Assembly (NCBI GenBank): GCA_030655395.1
Contig: JAURVQ010000083.1
Location: 3,907-67,906, forward strand
Direction of reading: 5' to 3'
From: Gammaproteobacteria bacterium
Lineage (GTDB): Bacteria > Pseudomonadota > Gammaproteobacteria > SURF-13
DNA length: 64,000 bases
Both the position numbers and the translations under genes were made by a program. Shown piece by piece: positions 10,157 to 18,379 of the stretch. The notes beneath the pieces are model-generated. The model had not been told where the DNA came from. It was given only the letters and a program-made list of their open reading frames with translations, and did not search any database. The first letter of the stretch is position 1; every line of letters begins with the position of its first letter.

Positions 10157-10603
10157 CTAGCAGCCGGTTGTTACAGAACTGATGGACGGTGCAGTGCCGC
10201 CGATTACTTGTTGGTCATACGTGGCGGCGCAATTACTAGGAGTGGTTGCACCGTTCTTCGTGAAGAACAGAGTGCCACCGCTGGATGCAACGGTGAAGCC
10301 TGAGGTATCGGCCAGCGCATTGGTAATTCCGCCAGTCGCGGCATCGGTGGGGTAGAAGCTAGCCATGGCGACGCTCGCTCCCTCCATACTGATGGATTCA
10401 TTGGCGGCCTTGCTCTGGACTATGGCCGTCGCCTTCGCCAACGCGGCCGCGCTGCGTATGCTGCCTTCCAGTCCCCTTACGGTGGACACGCGGGCATCGA
10501 CGGTGATGTCGGCAAAGCGTGGCACGGCGAACGACGCCAGAATGCCGAGGATCACAATCACCATCACCAATTCAATCAACGTAAAGCCTTGTTGTCTCTG
10601 CAT
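10157..10603 (-). CDS. mshA: MSHA-type major pilin (MQRQQG|FTLIELVMVIVILGILASFAVPRF..., C-terminal Cys-Cys D-loop); SD AGGAGAC upstream of ATG at 10603
   Basis: ORF 10157..10681 trimmed to ATG with RBS; class III signal peptide. Confidence 0.8.
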   Translation of the reverse strand: MQRQQGFTLIELVMVIVILGILASFAVPRFADITVDARVSTVRGLEGSIRSAAALAKATAIVQSKAANESISMEGASVAMASFYPTDAATGGITNALADTSGFTVASSGGTLFFTKNGATTPSNCAATYDQQVIGGTAPSISSVTTGC

Positions 10604-10778
10604 TAAAAAAGTCTCCTGAATATTGTAAAGTACAAGACAAGGGGCCGCAGCCCCTTGGGTTAAGTTACCTGACCCGTCCAAGCCACGCCGCAGCGTGACT
10701 TGGAAATAGCCTTAAAGCAGGCCAAGTATCTGCTGAAGTCACACGTCTTCTGCATGACGAATCAATGCACCCAGTTAA

Positions 10779-11234
10779 CTAGCAACCAGCTGTGTGTACC
10801 GAGATGGTGGGTGAGACGGCGGCGCTTTGCGCTGCTTGATATGCGGCATAGCAGTTCCCGGTTGTTGCACCAGTCTTCGTAAAGAGGAGGGTGTCGGTTG
10901 TGATGCTTTGGGTGATGGTGAACCCGCTGACGTCAGCCAGGGCAGCGACGATGCCCTCTGTAGTGCTGCCGGAGGAGGTCGGGTAGAAGTTGGTCATGGT
11001 TACCGTGGTGCCATCCATGCTGATAGAGGCGCCTGCCGCCTTCGACTGGGCGAGGGAGGTGGCGTGCGCCAAGGCCGCCGCGCTGCGCAGGCTGCCGCCG
11101 AGGGCGTTCACCGTGGCTGTGCGTGCATCCGTGGTGATATCGGCGAAGCGCGGCACGGCAAAGGCGGCGAGGATGCCGAGGATGACGATGACCATGACGA
11201 GTTCGATGAGGGTGAAGCCTTTTTGCTTGTTCAT
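10779..11234 (-). CDS. mshB: Second MSHA-type pilin, paralogous to mshA (MNKQKG|FTLIELVMVIVILGILAAFAVPRF...; N-terminal 30 aa nearly identical); SD AAGGAGG before ATG 11234
   Basis: ORF 10779..11345 trimmed to ATG. Confidence 0.75.
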   Translation of the reverse strand: MNKQKGFTLIELVMVIVILGILAAFAVPRFADITTDARTATVNALGGSLRSAAALAHATSLAQSKAAGASISMDGTTVTMTNFYPTSSGSTTEGIVAALADVSGFTITQSITTDTLLFTKTGATTGNCYAAYQAAQSAAVSPTISVHTAGC

Positions 11235-11466
11235 TGTAAGCCTCCTTGGACTTTTAGGGTCCGGAGCCGCAGCCCCGTGTATGTGCATCCAACTGTGCCC
11301 ACTGGTCAGGCCGCAGCGCAACCACGGTGGGCATGCCTTCTTCAAAGTGACGTGTGAGACCCTCTCCTGTTGCCGGGCTTCATCTGTGTTCCAGCGCGGA
11401 AATCACCGGAACACTAGTTTCATCATAATCTTAGGATGTTGACAATTGCAAATTTAATGTGGGGGG

Positions 11467-12084
11467 CTAAAATCGCGCCAGTCCGAAGCTGGTGAGTACA
11501 TACAGGCCGCCCAGGATGAAAACCGCAGCGGTGATGCGCGGGTGGCGTACCATGACCTCGTCCGGGGCGTAGCGCATGACGTCGAGGGGCTTGAGCGCCC
11601 TATCCGTGTGGTACCAGCGGTTGGCCCGGATTTCGAAGTCGCGCAGCAGGCTGGGGCGGATGATCAGCACGAGCGCGATGGGCAGCGCGAGCACACTCCC
11701 CGCCACCAGCAGGAATGCGCCGGCGTCCAGCAGCCAGCCGACCAGGTTGTGGTTGAGGCCGCGCCCCAGGGCGTTGAGGGCGGCCTGCGGGTCATAGCGA
11801 AACTTGAGTATGTAGAGGGTGTAGAGCGCGCCCGCGAGCAGGGCCGCGCCAACCTCGCGGTGATGACGGTAGACCGCGCGCTCGATGTGGCGCGGGGCGT
11901 CCAGCGGGTCGGTGAGCTTGCTCGTGGCAAACCATGTGTTGAGGTAGCGGTTGAGGCCCCATACGCGCTGCGGCGCAAGCAGCAGGTAGACGCCTATTAC
12001 CACGGCGACGATGGAGCCGCCGATCATCAACGCATGCAGGACATACCATGCGGCTTCACTCAGAATTTGCCATTGTGCGCTCAT
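11467..12084 (-). CDS. Hypothetical 4-TM membrane protein inserted between mshF-like and pilin genes (no recognisable domain)
   Basis: ORF 11467..12135, start at MSAQW; clear hydrophobic helices. Confidence 0.5.
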   Translation of the reverse strand: MSAQWQILSEAAWYVLHALMIGGSIVAVVIGVYLLLAPQRVWGLNRYLNTWFATSKLTDPLDAPRHIERAVYRHHREVGAALLAGALYTLYILKFRYDPQAALNALGRGLNHNLVGWLLDAGAFLLVAGSVLALPIALVLIIRPSLLRDFEIRANRWYHTDRALKPLDVMRYAPDEVMVRHPRITAAVFILGGLYVLTSFGLARF

Positions 12085-12115
12085 CGAACCTCCTCGACTT
12101 TTGCTTGTAGATAGT

Positions 12116-12272
12116 TCTGTCACGTAGCTGCGCAACGTGACCTACGGGCTGCACGGTATTCTAAATCAATTCAGTGCGTATGCAGGTGCAAATTAAACAG
12201 GCGCTGATTTATTCAGCCAACGTCGTTCCCGCGCAAGCAATCGCAGGTCACGTTGCGCAGCTACGTGACAGA
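12116..12272. repeat. Perfect 28-bp inverted repeat (tctgtcacgtagctgcgcaacgtgacct) at 12116..12143 and 12245..12272 flanking 101-bp spacer
   Basis: Exact reverse-complement match read directly. Confidence 0.85.
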
Positions 12273-12317
12273 GTTACTGACCTACAATACTTCCCCATCA
12301 AGGGGGAAGGTGACGCC

Positions 12318-12869
12318 CTAGCGGTTGATCCAGGAATACGCCTCAAGTGCTTCGAGCCGTACGCCGCGGATGGCGTCCACGCCGTTGTCGAAGCGGCCGT
12401 TGTCGTTCATGTCGTCGTAATCGAGCCTGACGGCAAAGCGCGCGCGCGCGGGACCCGTGAGAGACGTCTTGAAGTATTCCACGTTGCTGACACGATACAC
12501 GAGCGTGCGGTCGTGCAGGTCGAAATACCACTGGCCGCCCTCGACCGCGGCCGGGTCGGGAGCGTCCAGTTCGCCCACGTAGTTGTTGGGGGTTTCGCTC
12601 AGGCGGCGCATCGGGTTGGTGTCGACGAGCGCGGTGAGCGCCGGAATCTTCCCTTTGGCGACATGCGCGGCGACCTCGATGCTGAGCGCGCTCTTGAGCG
12701 CGCCGAGTACGTTTTCCATAGCGGTGCGTTCGGCGTCGATGCGCAGCGGCAGCAGCTTGTTCACCGCGATGACGAGCAGCAGCACGATGATGCCGATCAC
12801 CAGCACCAGTTCGAGCAGCGAGAAGCCGCCCGAAAGGTTGCGTGCGTTGCGCAGCGTCTTAACCACCAC
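12318..12869 (-). CDS. MshF-like protein with prepilin-type N-terminus (G|FSLLELVLVIGIIVLLL)
   Basis: ORF 12318..12869; position between mshG and pilins. Confidence 0.5.
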   Translation of the reverse strand: MVVKTLRNARNLSGGFSLLELVLVIGIIVLLLVIAVNKLLPLRIDAERTAMENVLGALKSALSIEVAAHVAKGKIPALTALVDTNPMRRLSETPNNYVGELDAPDPAAVEGGQWYFDLHDRTLVYRVSNVEYFKTSLTGPARARFAVRLDYDDMNDNGRFDNGVDAIRGVRLEALEAYSWINR

Positions 12870-14094
12870 CGCGCGCCGCCTTGGCGAGGTCCCACATCGG
12901 CAGGAACACGCCGAGCGCCAGGATCAGCACCATGATGCCGATGGCGACGATCAGTATCGGCTCGATGGCGGTGGCCAGGTTTTTGAGGTCGTAGTCCACC
13001 TCGCGCTCATAAAACTCCGCCACTTCGGTGAGCAGGGTATCGACCTGCCCGGTCTCCTCGCCTACCGCGAGCATCTGCAGCACCAGCGGGGTGAACAGGC
13101 CGCTCGCCACCGCGGTGCGCGTGAGGCTCTCGCCGCGCTCGATGCCGGTGCGCATGGCGAGGATGCGTTCCGCGATGTAGGCATTGTCCACCGCGCGCGC
13201 CACCACGCCGAGCGCCTGCACCAAGGGCACGCCGCTGCGCACCGCCATGGAAAACGAGCGCGCGTAGCGCGCCAGCGTGGCGCGGGTGATGATGCTGCCG
13301 ATGAGCGGCAGGCGCAGCCGCAGACGATCCCAGGTATATCGCCCCACGTCGGTCTTGACGTAGTTACGCAGGCCGAGCACCAGCAGCACCAGCCCCACCA
13401 GCATGTAGGGCCAGTAGGCGACAAAAAAATCCGAGGTGCCAATCAATACCCGCGTGGCCCACGGCAGCTCCACGCGGAAGGATTTGAACAGCTTGGCGAA
13501 CACCGGGATGACGAACACGTTGATGATGACGAGCGCGATGCCGATGGCGCCCATCACGAACATCGGGTAGCGCGTCGCGGACTTGATGCGGTCGCGCGTG
13601 TCTTTTTCCTGCTCCAGATATCTGGAAATCTGCGCGAACACCTCGTCCAGCCGTCCGGTATTTTCACCCACCTGCACCAGGCTGATGATGAGGCTGGGGA
13701 AGATGTGCGCGTGGCGCGAGAGCGCCACGGAAAGCTCGCGCCCCGATTCAAGCTGCTCCGAGATATCGGCGAATACGCGCGCCAGGGTCGGATTGCGCGT
13801 GGACTGCACCAGGCCCGCCAGCGCCTGGATCATGGGTACACCCGCCTTGGTAAGGGTGTACATCTGGTGGCTGAACAGAATCAGGTCGGAAAGCTGTACC
13901 TTGTGCTTGCCGCCCCTCAGGCGCAGGCCGCCGGGCGTGGCAGCCTCGGGTGCGCGCGCCTCGCGGATGTCGATGGGCGTGATGCCGCCGCTGAACAACT
14001 GGCCGGCGACGGCGTCGGCGGAGCCGCCTTCGATGCTACCGTCGACTAATTCACCGCGCGGATTGCGCCCCTGATAGCGGTAGACCGGCATCAC
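12859..14094 (-). CDS. mshG: Type IV pilus platform protein (GspF/PilC family), MshG
   Basis: ORF 411 aa, two GspF-domain repeats, 3 TM. Confidence 0.85.
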   Translation of the reverse strand: MMPVYRYQGRNPRGELVDGSIEGGSADAVAGQLFSGGITPIDIREARAPEAATPGGLRLRGGKHKVQLSDLILFSHQMYTLTKAGVPMIQALAGLVQSTRNPTLARVFADISEQLESGRELSVALSRHAHIFPSLIISLVQVGENTGRLDEVFAQISRYLEQEKDTRDRIKSATRYPMFVMGAIGIALVIINVFVIPVFAKLFKSFRVELPWATRVLIGTSDFFVAYWPYMLVGLVLLVLGLRNYVKTDVGRYTWDRLRLRLPLIGSIITRATLARYARSFSMAVRSGVPLVQALGVVARAVDNAYIAERILAMRTGIERGESLTRTAVASGLFTPLVLQMLAVGEETGQVDTLLTEVAEFYEREVDYDLKNLATAIEPILIVAIGIMVLILALGVFLPMWDLAKAARGGG

Positions 14095-14101
14095 TCACCC
14101 T

Positions 14102-15862
14102 TCATGCCGCGGGTTGATCCGGTGCAGGCTTCGCCGTCAGGTCGTCGCTCCTCTCTTCGAGGCCGCCCACAACGCGCATGGCCTCCTCCAGTGTGGTGAT
14201 ACCCTTGAGCGCATAGTCCATGGTGCATTGGCCCAGCATGTGGACGCCCATCTGCGCGCGCGCGCGGCGGCCGAACTCGCCGGTGTCACTTTTGCGCAAG
14301 GCCTCGGAGAGCACCTCGTCGATTTCCAGCAGTTCGTACACGCCGATACGGCCACGGTAGCCCGTGTTGTTGCAATGGGAGCAGCCGCTGCCGCGCTTGA
14401 AGCGCGCCGTGTCCGCCTGCGCCCCCAGCAGGGTGCGCAGCCAGGCCTGTTGGTGCGGGTCGGGCGTGTACGGCTCGGCGCAGGATTCGCAGGTGCGCCG
14501 CACCAAGCGCTGCGCTATCACCGCCTGCAGCGCCGCCGCCACCATGTAACCCTCGGCGCCCATGTCGAGCAGCCGGTTGGCGCAGCCGATGGCGTCGTTG
14601 GTGTGCAGGGTGGACAGCACCAGGTGTCCGGTCATGGCGGCGCGCAGGCCGATCTCGACCGTTTCCTGGTCGCGCATCTCGCCCACCAGCACGATGTCCG
14701 GGTCCTGGCGCAGGGCGGAGCGCAGCACGCGCGCGAAGGTGAGCCCGATCTTGAAGTTGACCTGCACCTGGTTGATGCGGTGCAGGCGGTATTCCACCGG
14801 GTCTTCCACCGTGATGATCTTGCTCTCCGGGCTGTTGATCTCGGACAGCGCGGCGTAGAGCGTGGTAGTCTTGCCGGAGCCGGTGGGGCCGGTGACCAGC
14901 ACCATGCCGTACGGGCTTTGAATCAGCAGGCGAAAACGGTGCAGCATGTCCGCCGGCATGCCGAGTTGCTCCAGATTGAGCAGCCCGCTGGACTGGTCGA
15001 GCAGGCGCATCACCACCGACTCGCCGTAGTACACCGGCATGGTGGACAGGCGCACGTCGATCACCTTGTCCTTGATCTTGATGTTGAAGCGCCCGTCCTG
15101 CGGCAGGCGCTTTTCCGAGATGTCGAGGCCGCCCATCAGCTTGAGCCGCGACACCAGCGCGGACGCAATGCGCTTTTCCTTCATCACCTGCTCGTGCAGC
15201 ACGCCGTCCACACGCTGGCGGATGCGCAGCAGGTTTTCGTCGGGCTCGATGTGGATGTCGGAGGCGCCGACCTGGATCGCGTCCTCGAACATGGATTGCA
15301 GCATCTTCACCACCGGCGCATCGGCGACCTCGACCGATTCGACCAGCCGCATGAGGTCGAACTCGGCGCCCATTTCCTCGCCCAGTTGTTCGGCGAAGCC
15401 GCTGATCTCCTCAGTGCGGCGGTAGACGGTGTCGAAGGTGCGCAGCAGCTCGGACTCGCGCACCACGGCCAGCTGGATCGGGCGCTTGAGCATGCGCGCG
15501 AGCTCGTCGTAGGCGAAGATGTCGGTGGGATCGGCCATGCCGACCGCAAAGCCGCCGCGCGCGTCGTCCAGCACGATGGCACGGAAGCGGCGCGCGTGGG
15601 TTTCCGGCAACAGGCGCACAATCTCCGGCTTGAACTTGTAACGCTTGAGGTCGATGAACGGAAGCTGCAACTGGCGCGAGAGAAAATCGAGCAGCTTGTC
15701 TTCGTCGATCACGCCGCTGTCGATCAGCATGCGCCCCAGCTTGTGCCCGGTTTTCTTCTGGGATGCGAGCGCGGCGGCAAGCTGCGCGGGCGTGATCACC
15801 TGGTGCTCGACCAGGAGATCGCCGAGGCGGATTTTCTTGCGTGGGGTTACTAAAGAGTTCAT
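14102..15862 (-). CDS. mshE: Type IV pilus assembly ATPase MshE (N-terminal MshEN c-di-GMP-binding-type domain, Walker A GPTGSGKTT, tetracysteine motif)
   Basis: ORF 586 aa. Confidence 0.9.
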   Translation of the reverse strand: MNSLVTPRKKIRLGDLLVEHQVITPAQLAAALASQKKTGHKLGRMLIDSGVIDEDKLLDFLSRQLQLPFIDLKRYKFKPEIVRLLPETHARRFRAIVLDDARGGFAVGMADPTDIFAYDELARMLKRPIQLAVVRESELLRTFDTVYRRTEEISGFAEQLGEEMGAEFDLMRLVESVEVADAPVVKMLQSMFEDAIQVGASDIHIEPDENLLRIRQRVDGVLHEQVMKEKRIASALVSRLKLMGGLDISEKRLPQDGRFNIKIKDKVIDVRLSTMPVYYGESVVMRLLDQSSGLLNLEQLGMPADMLHRFRLLIQSPYGMVLVTGPTGSGKTTTLYAALSEINSPESKIITVEDPVEYRLHRINQVQVNFKIGLTFARVLRSALRQDPDIVLVGEMRDQETVEIGLRAAMTGHLVLSTLHTNDAIGCANRLLDMGAEGYMVAAALQAVIAQRLVRRTCESCAEPYTPDPHQQAWLRTLLGAQADTARFKRGSGCSHCNNTGYRGRIGVYELLEIDEVLSEALRKSDTGEFGRRARAQMGVHMLGQCTMDYALKGITTLEEAMRVVGGLEERSDDLTAKPAPDQPAA

Positions 15863-15880
15863 TAGTAAAATGACATCTCC

Positions 15881-15997
15881 GTTACGTCCCCGCCCCCTGT
15901 TGAGGGGGCGGGACAGGGTGGGGGTAGAGTAAAGATTGGAATTTTACCAAGAAGAAACAAAGTAAGCGGATATCGCTTACTTTGTTTCTTCTTGGTG
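15881..15997. repeat. Bipartite double-hairpin intergenic repeat (CCCGCCCCCTgttgAGGGGGCGGG + ACCAAGAAGAAAcaaagtaagcg..cgcttactttgTTTCTTCTTGGT); inverted second copy at 42399..42510
   Basis: Direct alignment of the two loci by eye (~85-90% identity). Confidence 0.75.
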
Positions 15998-16006
15998 CCT
16001 GGGTGT

Positions 16007-17455
16007 TCATCCGCTCACCTGTGCTTTCAAAGTGGAGATGCGGCCCTTGACGAAATCAAACACGGCCGGGCTGAGACTGCCCGTGGCCTGCGCGTGGCGA
16101 TAGGCCTCCAGCGCCTCGGCGGGCTGTTGTGTCGCTTCGAGCGATATCCCCAGCCCCATCCACCATACGCCCTGCTGCGGCTGGCTGGCAAGCGCCTTGC
16201 GGTAGGCGCTGATCGCATCGTTGTGGCGTTCCATGCGCTGGTAGAGTGCGGCGAGAAAGGCCTGATACTCGATATCCTGTGTGGCGCTTGCGGCCTTGCC
16301 TTCCAGCACGGCGAGCGCCGCCGGGGTGTCGCCCTGATCCACCAGTACGCGTGCATACAGTTTGGTGAATAACAGGTAATCCGGTTTGAGCCTGATGCCC
16401 TCGGTGAGCACCGCCTCCGCTTCCTGCGCGCGCGCTTGCTTGAGCAGCGCATCGACCAGCGCTTCGCGCGCCTTGAGGTGCTGGGCATCCAGCACCAGCG
16501 CCTGGCGCAGGCGCGGTTCCGCGGCCTCCGGTTTGCCCTGCTGCAATAGCTGCGCCCCGTCCTGCCATGCTTGTTCGGCCTGTTCCGCGGCGGATAGAGC
16601 GCGCGCCTTCTTGAGGCTGCGGGCAGCGGTGCTGGCGGCGGGGCGCGAGGGTGCTGTAGGCGCTGTGGCGCTGCCGCTGCCCTGGACGGCGAGATCACTG
16701 TCGCCCTTTACCCCCTCCGGATAGAGGTCGATGACGAGGCGGTGGCCATAGTCCTGATCCGGCCCCAGCACCAGGCTCTTGGCCTGCGCCGCCGCCTTGA
16801 GGGTGAGCGTCAGCCGGAGATTCTGCTCGCCCTGGGGCTCGGCCTGCACCTGCTTGAGCAGGCTGTTGCTCAGATCAAACACGGGCAGCGGCTGGTCGAG
16901 CGCGGCGTGCTCCAGGTCGATCACCACGTACTCGGATTGTACGCTGAGCCGGTGCGTGATGGGCGCGCTCGCATCCAGCACCAGACGGGTGTGGTCGGGC
17001 AACACGCTGAGGCGCAGGGCCTGAATCTGCGTGACCGGGGGGGAGGGTGGGGAGGCCGGCGGCGGATCCGGCGCAACAGCGGCTGCCGGGGTCTCCGTGC
17101 CGGGTGTCGCAGTGACGGGCGCAGATGTGTCGGCGGCGGTGGCCTCAACCGGCGCGCTCACGGCCGGCGGTGCGGCCGCAGGCGCCTGCACCTGCGCCAC
17201 GGGTTGTGCAGCCGGATGTGGGGCGAGAATACGCCACGCGCCCCAGATGATGACGGCGGCGAGTACCGAGGTGCCGGCCAGCGCGGCCAAGCGCAGGGCA
17301 GGCGAGCGGGAGATCTGTTCCAGAAGACTGGAGGCGCGTGCAGAGGCCGTCTGGCCTCCCGGCCAGATCAGGTCGTTCAGCGCCGCGCCATCCGACGGCG
17401 CGGACTTGGTGCGGCGCGACTCGAGGTCTTGCAGCATCTGGTTGATGAGGCTCAT
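16007..17455 (-). CDS. mshN: MshN-like TPR protein (N-terminal TM, Ala/Pro-rich linker, C-terminal TPRs)
   Basis: ORF 16007..17467; start MSLINQ overlapping mshM stop (ATGA). Confidence 0.6.
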   Translation of the reverse strand: MSLINQMLQDLESRRTKSAPSDGAALNDLIWPGGQTASARASSLLEQISRSPALRLAALAGTSVLAAVIIWGAWRILAPHPAAQPVAQVQAPAAAPPAVSAPVEATAADTSAPVTATPGTETPAAAVAPDPPPASPPSPPVTQIQALRLSVLPDHTRLVLDASAPITHRLSVQSEYVVIDLEHAALDQPLPVFDLSNSLLKQVQAEPQGEQNLRLTLTLKAAAQAKSLVLGPDQDYGHRLVIDLYPEGVKGDSDLAVQGSGSATAPTAPSRPAASTAARSLKKARALSAAEQAEQAWQDGAQLLQQGKPEAAEPRLRQALVLDAQHLKAREALVDALLKQARAQEAEAVLTEGIRLKPDYLLFTKLYARVLVDQGDTPAALAVLEGKAASATQDIEYQAFLAALYQRMERHNDAISAYRKALASQPQQGVWWMGLGISLEATQQPAEALEAYRHAQATGSLSPAVFDFVKGRISTLKAQVSG

Positions 17456-18378
17456 GGCAGCGGCCACCTGCCGTAGTAGTAATAATATGCACCGAGGCCG
17501 AGCGCCGTCAGCGTGGCCAGGGCGAGAGCAGTGTAAGCGAACTTAATCCAGGCTGATTTTTTCTCCTCGTGCACGTCGATGGTGTCCTGGATGGCGAGGC
17601 GCATGTGTTCGTGACCGATGGCGCGCGCACCCTGACCGAAGGCCGCAATCAGCGCCTTATGGCTGAGGATGTTGATCAGGCGGGGGATGCCGCGGCTGGC
17701 ATGGAAAAGCTCATTCAGCACCGCATGCGGAAACAGACGCTTGCCGTGATAACCCGCCACCAGCAGGCGATGGGCGATGTAGCCTTCCATGCCCTCCCGG
17801 TCCAGCGGCGATAGATGATAGGAAAAACCGATGCGCTGTTTGAGCTGGCGCACCGAGGGCAGGTCCAGCACCATGTCGAGTTCCGGCTGACCGAACAGCA
17901 CCACCTGCAACAGCTTGCGTTTCTCGGTCTCCAGATTGGTGAGCAGGCGCAGCGTCTCCAGCGTCTGCTCCGGCATCGCCTGCACCTCGTCGAGGCACAG
18001 CACCACGCGTTTGCCTGCGGCGTAAAAATCAATCAGCGCCTTGGTGAGCAGTTTCAGCAACTGGTGCTGGTTGATGTTTTCCGGATATTTGATGCGCAGC
18101 TCATCCGCTATCGCGAGCAGCAGTGTCATCGGTTCGAGGTAGGGGTTGTGGATGTAGGCGGTGACGAATTCGCTGCGCAGTGTGTTGAGAAACTTGCGGC
18201 ACAGCAGTGTCTTGCCGGTGCCGACCTCGCCCACCACCTTGATGAAGCCCTCGCCGCTGCGCACCGCGACCAGCAACGTGTTGAGCGCCTCGACATGCGA
18301 GCCGTAGGCGTAAAAAAAACTGGTGTCGGGCGTGATGGTGAACGGAATCTCGCGCAGACCGAAGTGTTCGAGATACAT
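17452..18378 (-). CDS. mshM: MshM, ExeA-like AAA+ ATPase (GEVGTGKT Walker A)
   Basis: ORF 17452..18456 trimmed to ATG MYLEHFGL at 18378. Confidence 0.8.
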   Translation of the reverse strand: MYLEHFGLREIPFTITPDTSFFYAYGSHVEALNTLLVAVRSGEGFIKVVGEVGTGKTLLCRKFLNTLRSEFVTAYIHNPYLEPMTLLLAIADELRIKYPENINQHQLLKLLTKALIDFYAAGKRVVLCLDEVQAMPEQTLETLRLLTNLETEKRKLLQVVLFGQPELDMVLDLPSVRQLKQRIGFSYHLSPLDREGMEGYIAHRLLVAGYHGKRLFPHAVLNELFHASRGIPRLINILSHKALIAAFGQGARAIGHEHMRLAIQDTIDVHEEKKSAWIKFAYTALALATLTALGLGAYYYYYGRWPLP

Positions 18379-18379
18379 G

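Noticed and set aside
12583-15853. Long plus-strand ORFs (488 aa at 12583..14049, 579 aa at 14114..15853) antisense to mshG/mshE
   Set aside because: Low-complexity Arg/Ala/Gly/His-rich translations with no domain signature. They are typical stop-codon-poor shadow frames in >65% GC DNA, and the opposite-strand genes are unambiguous.
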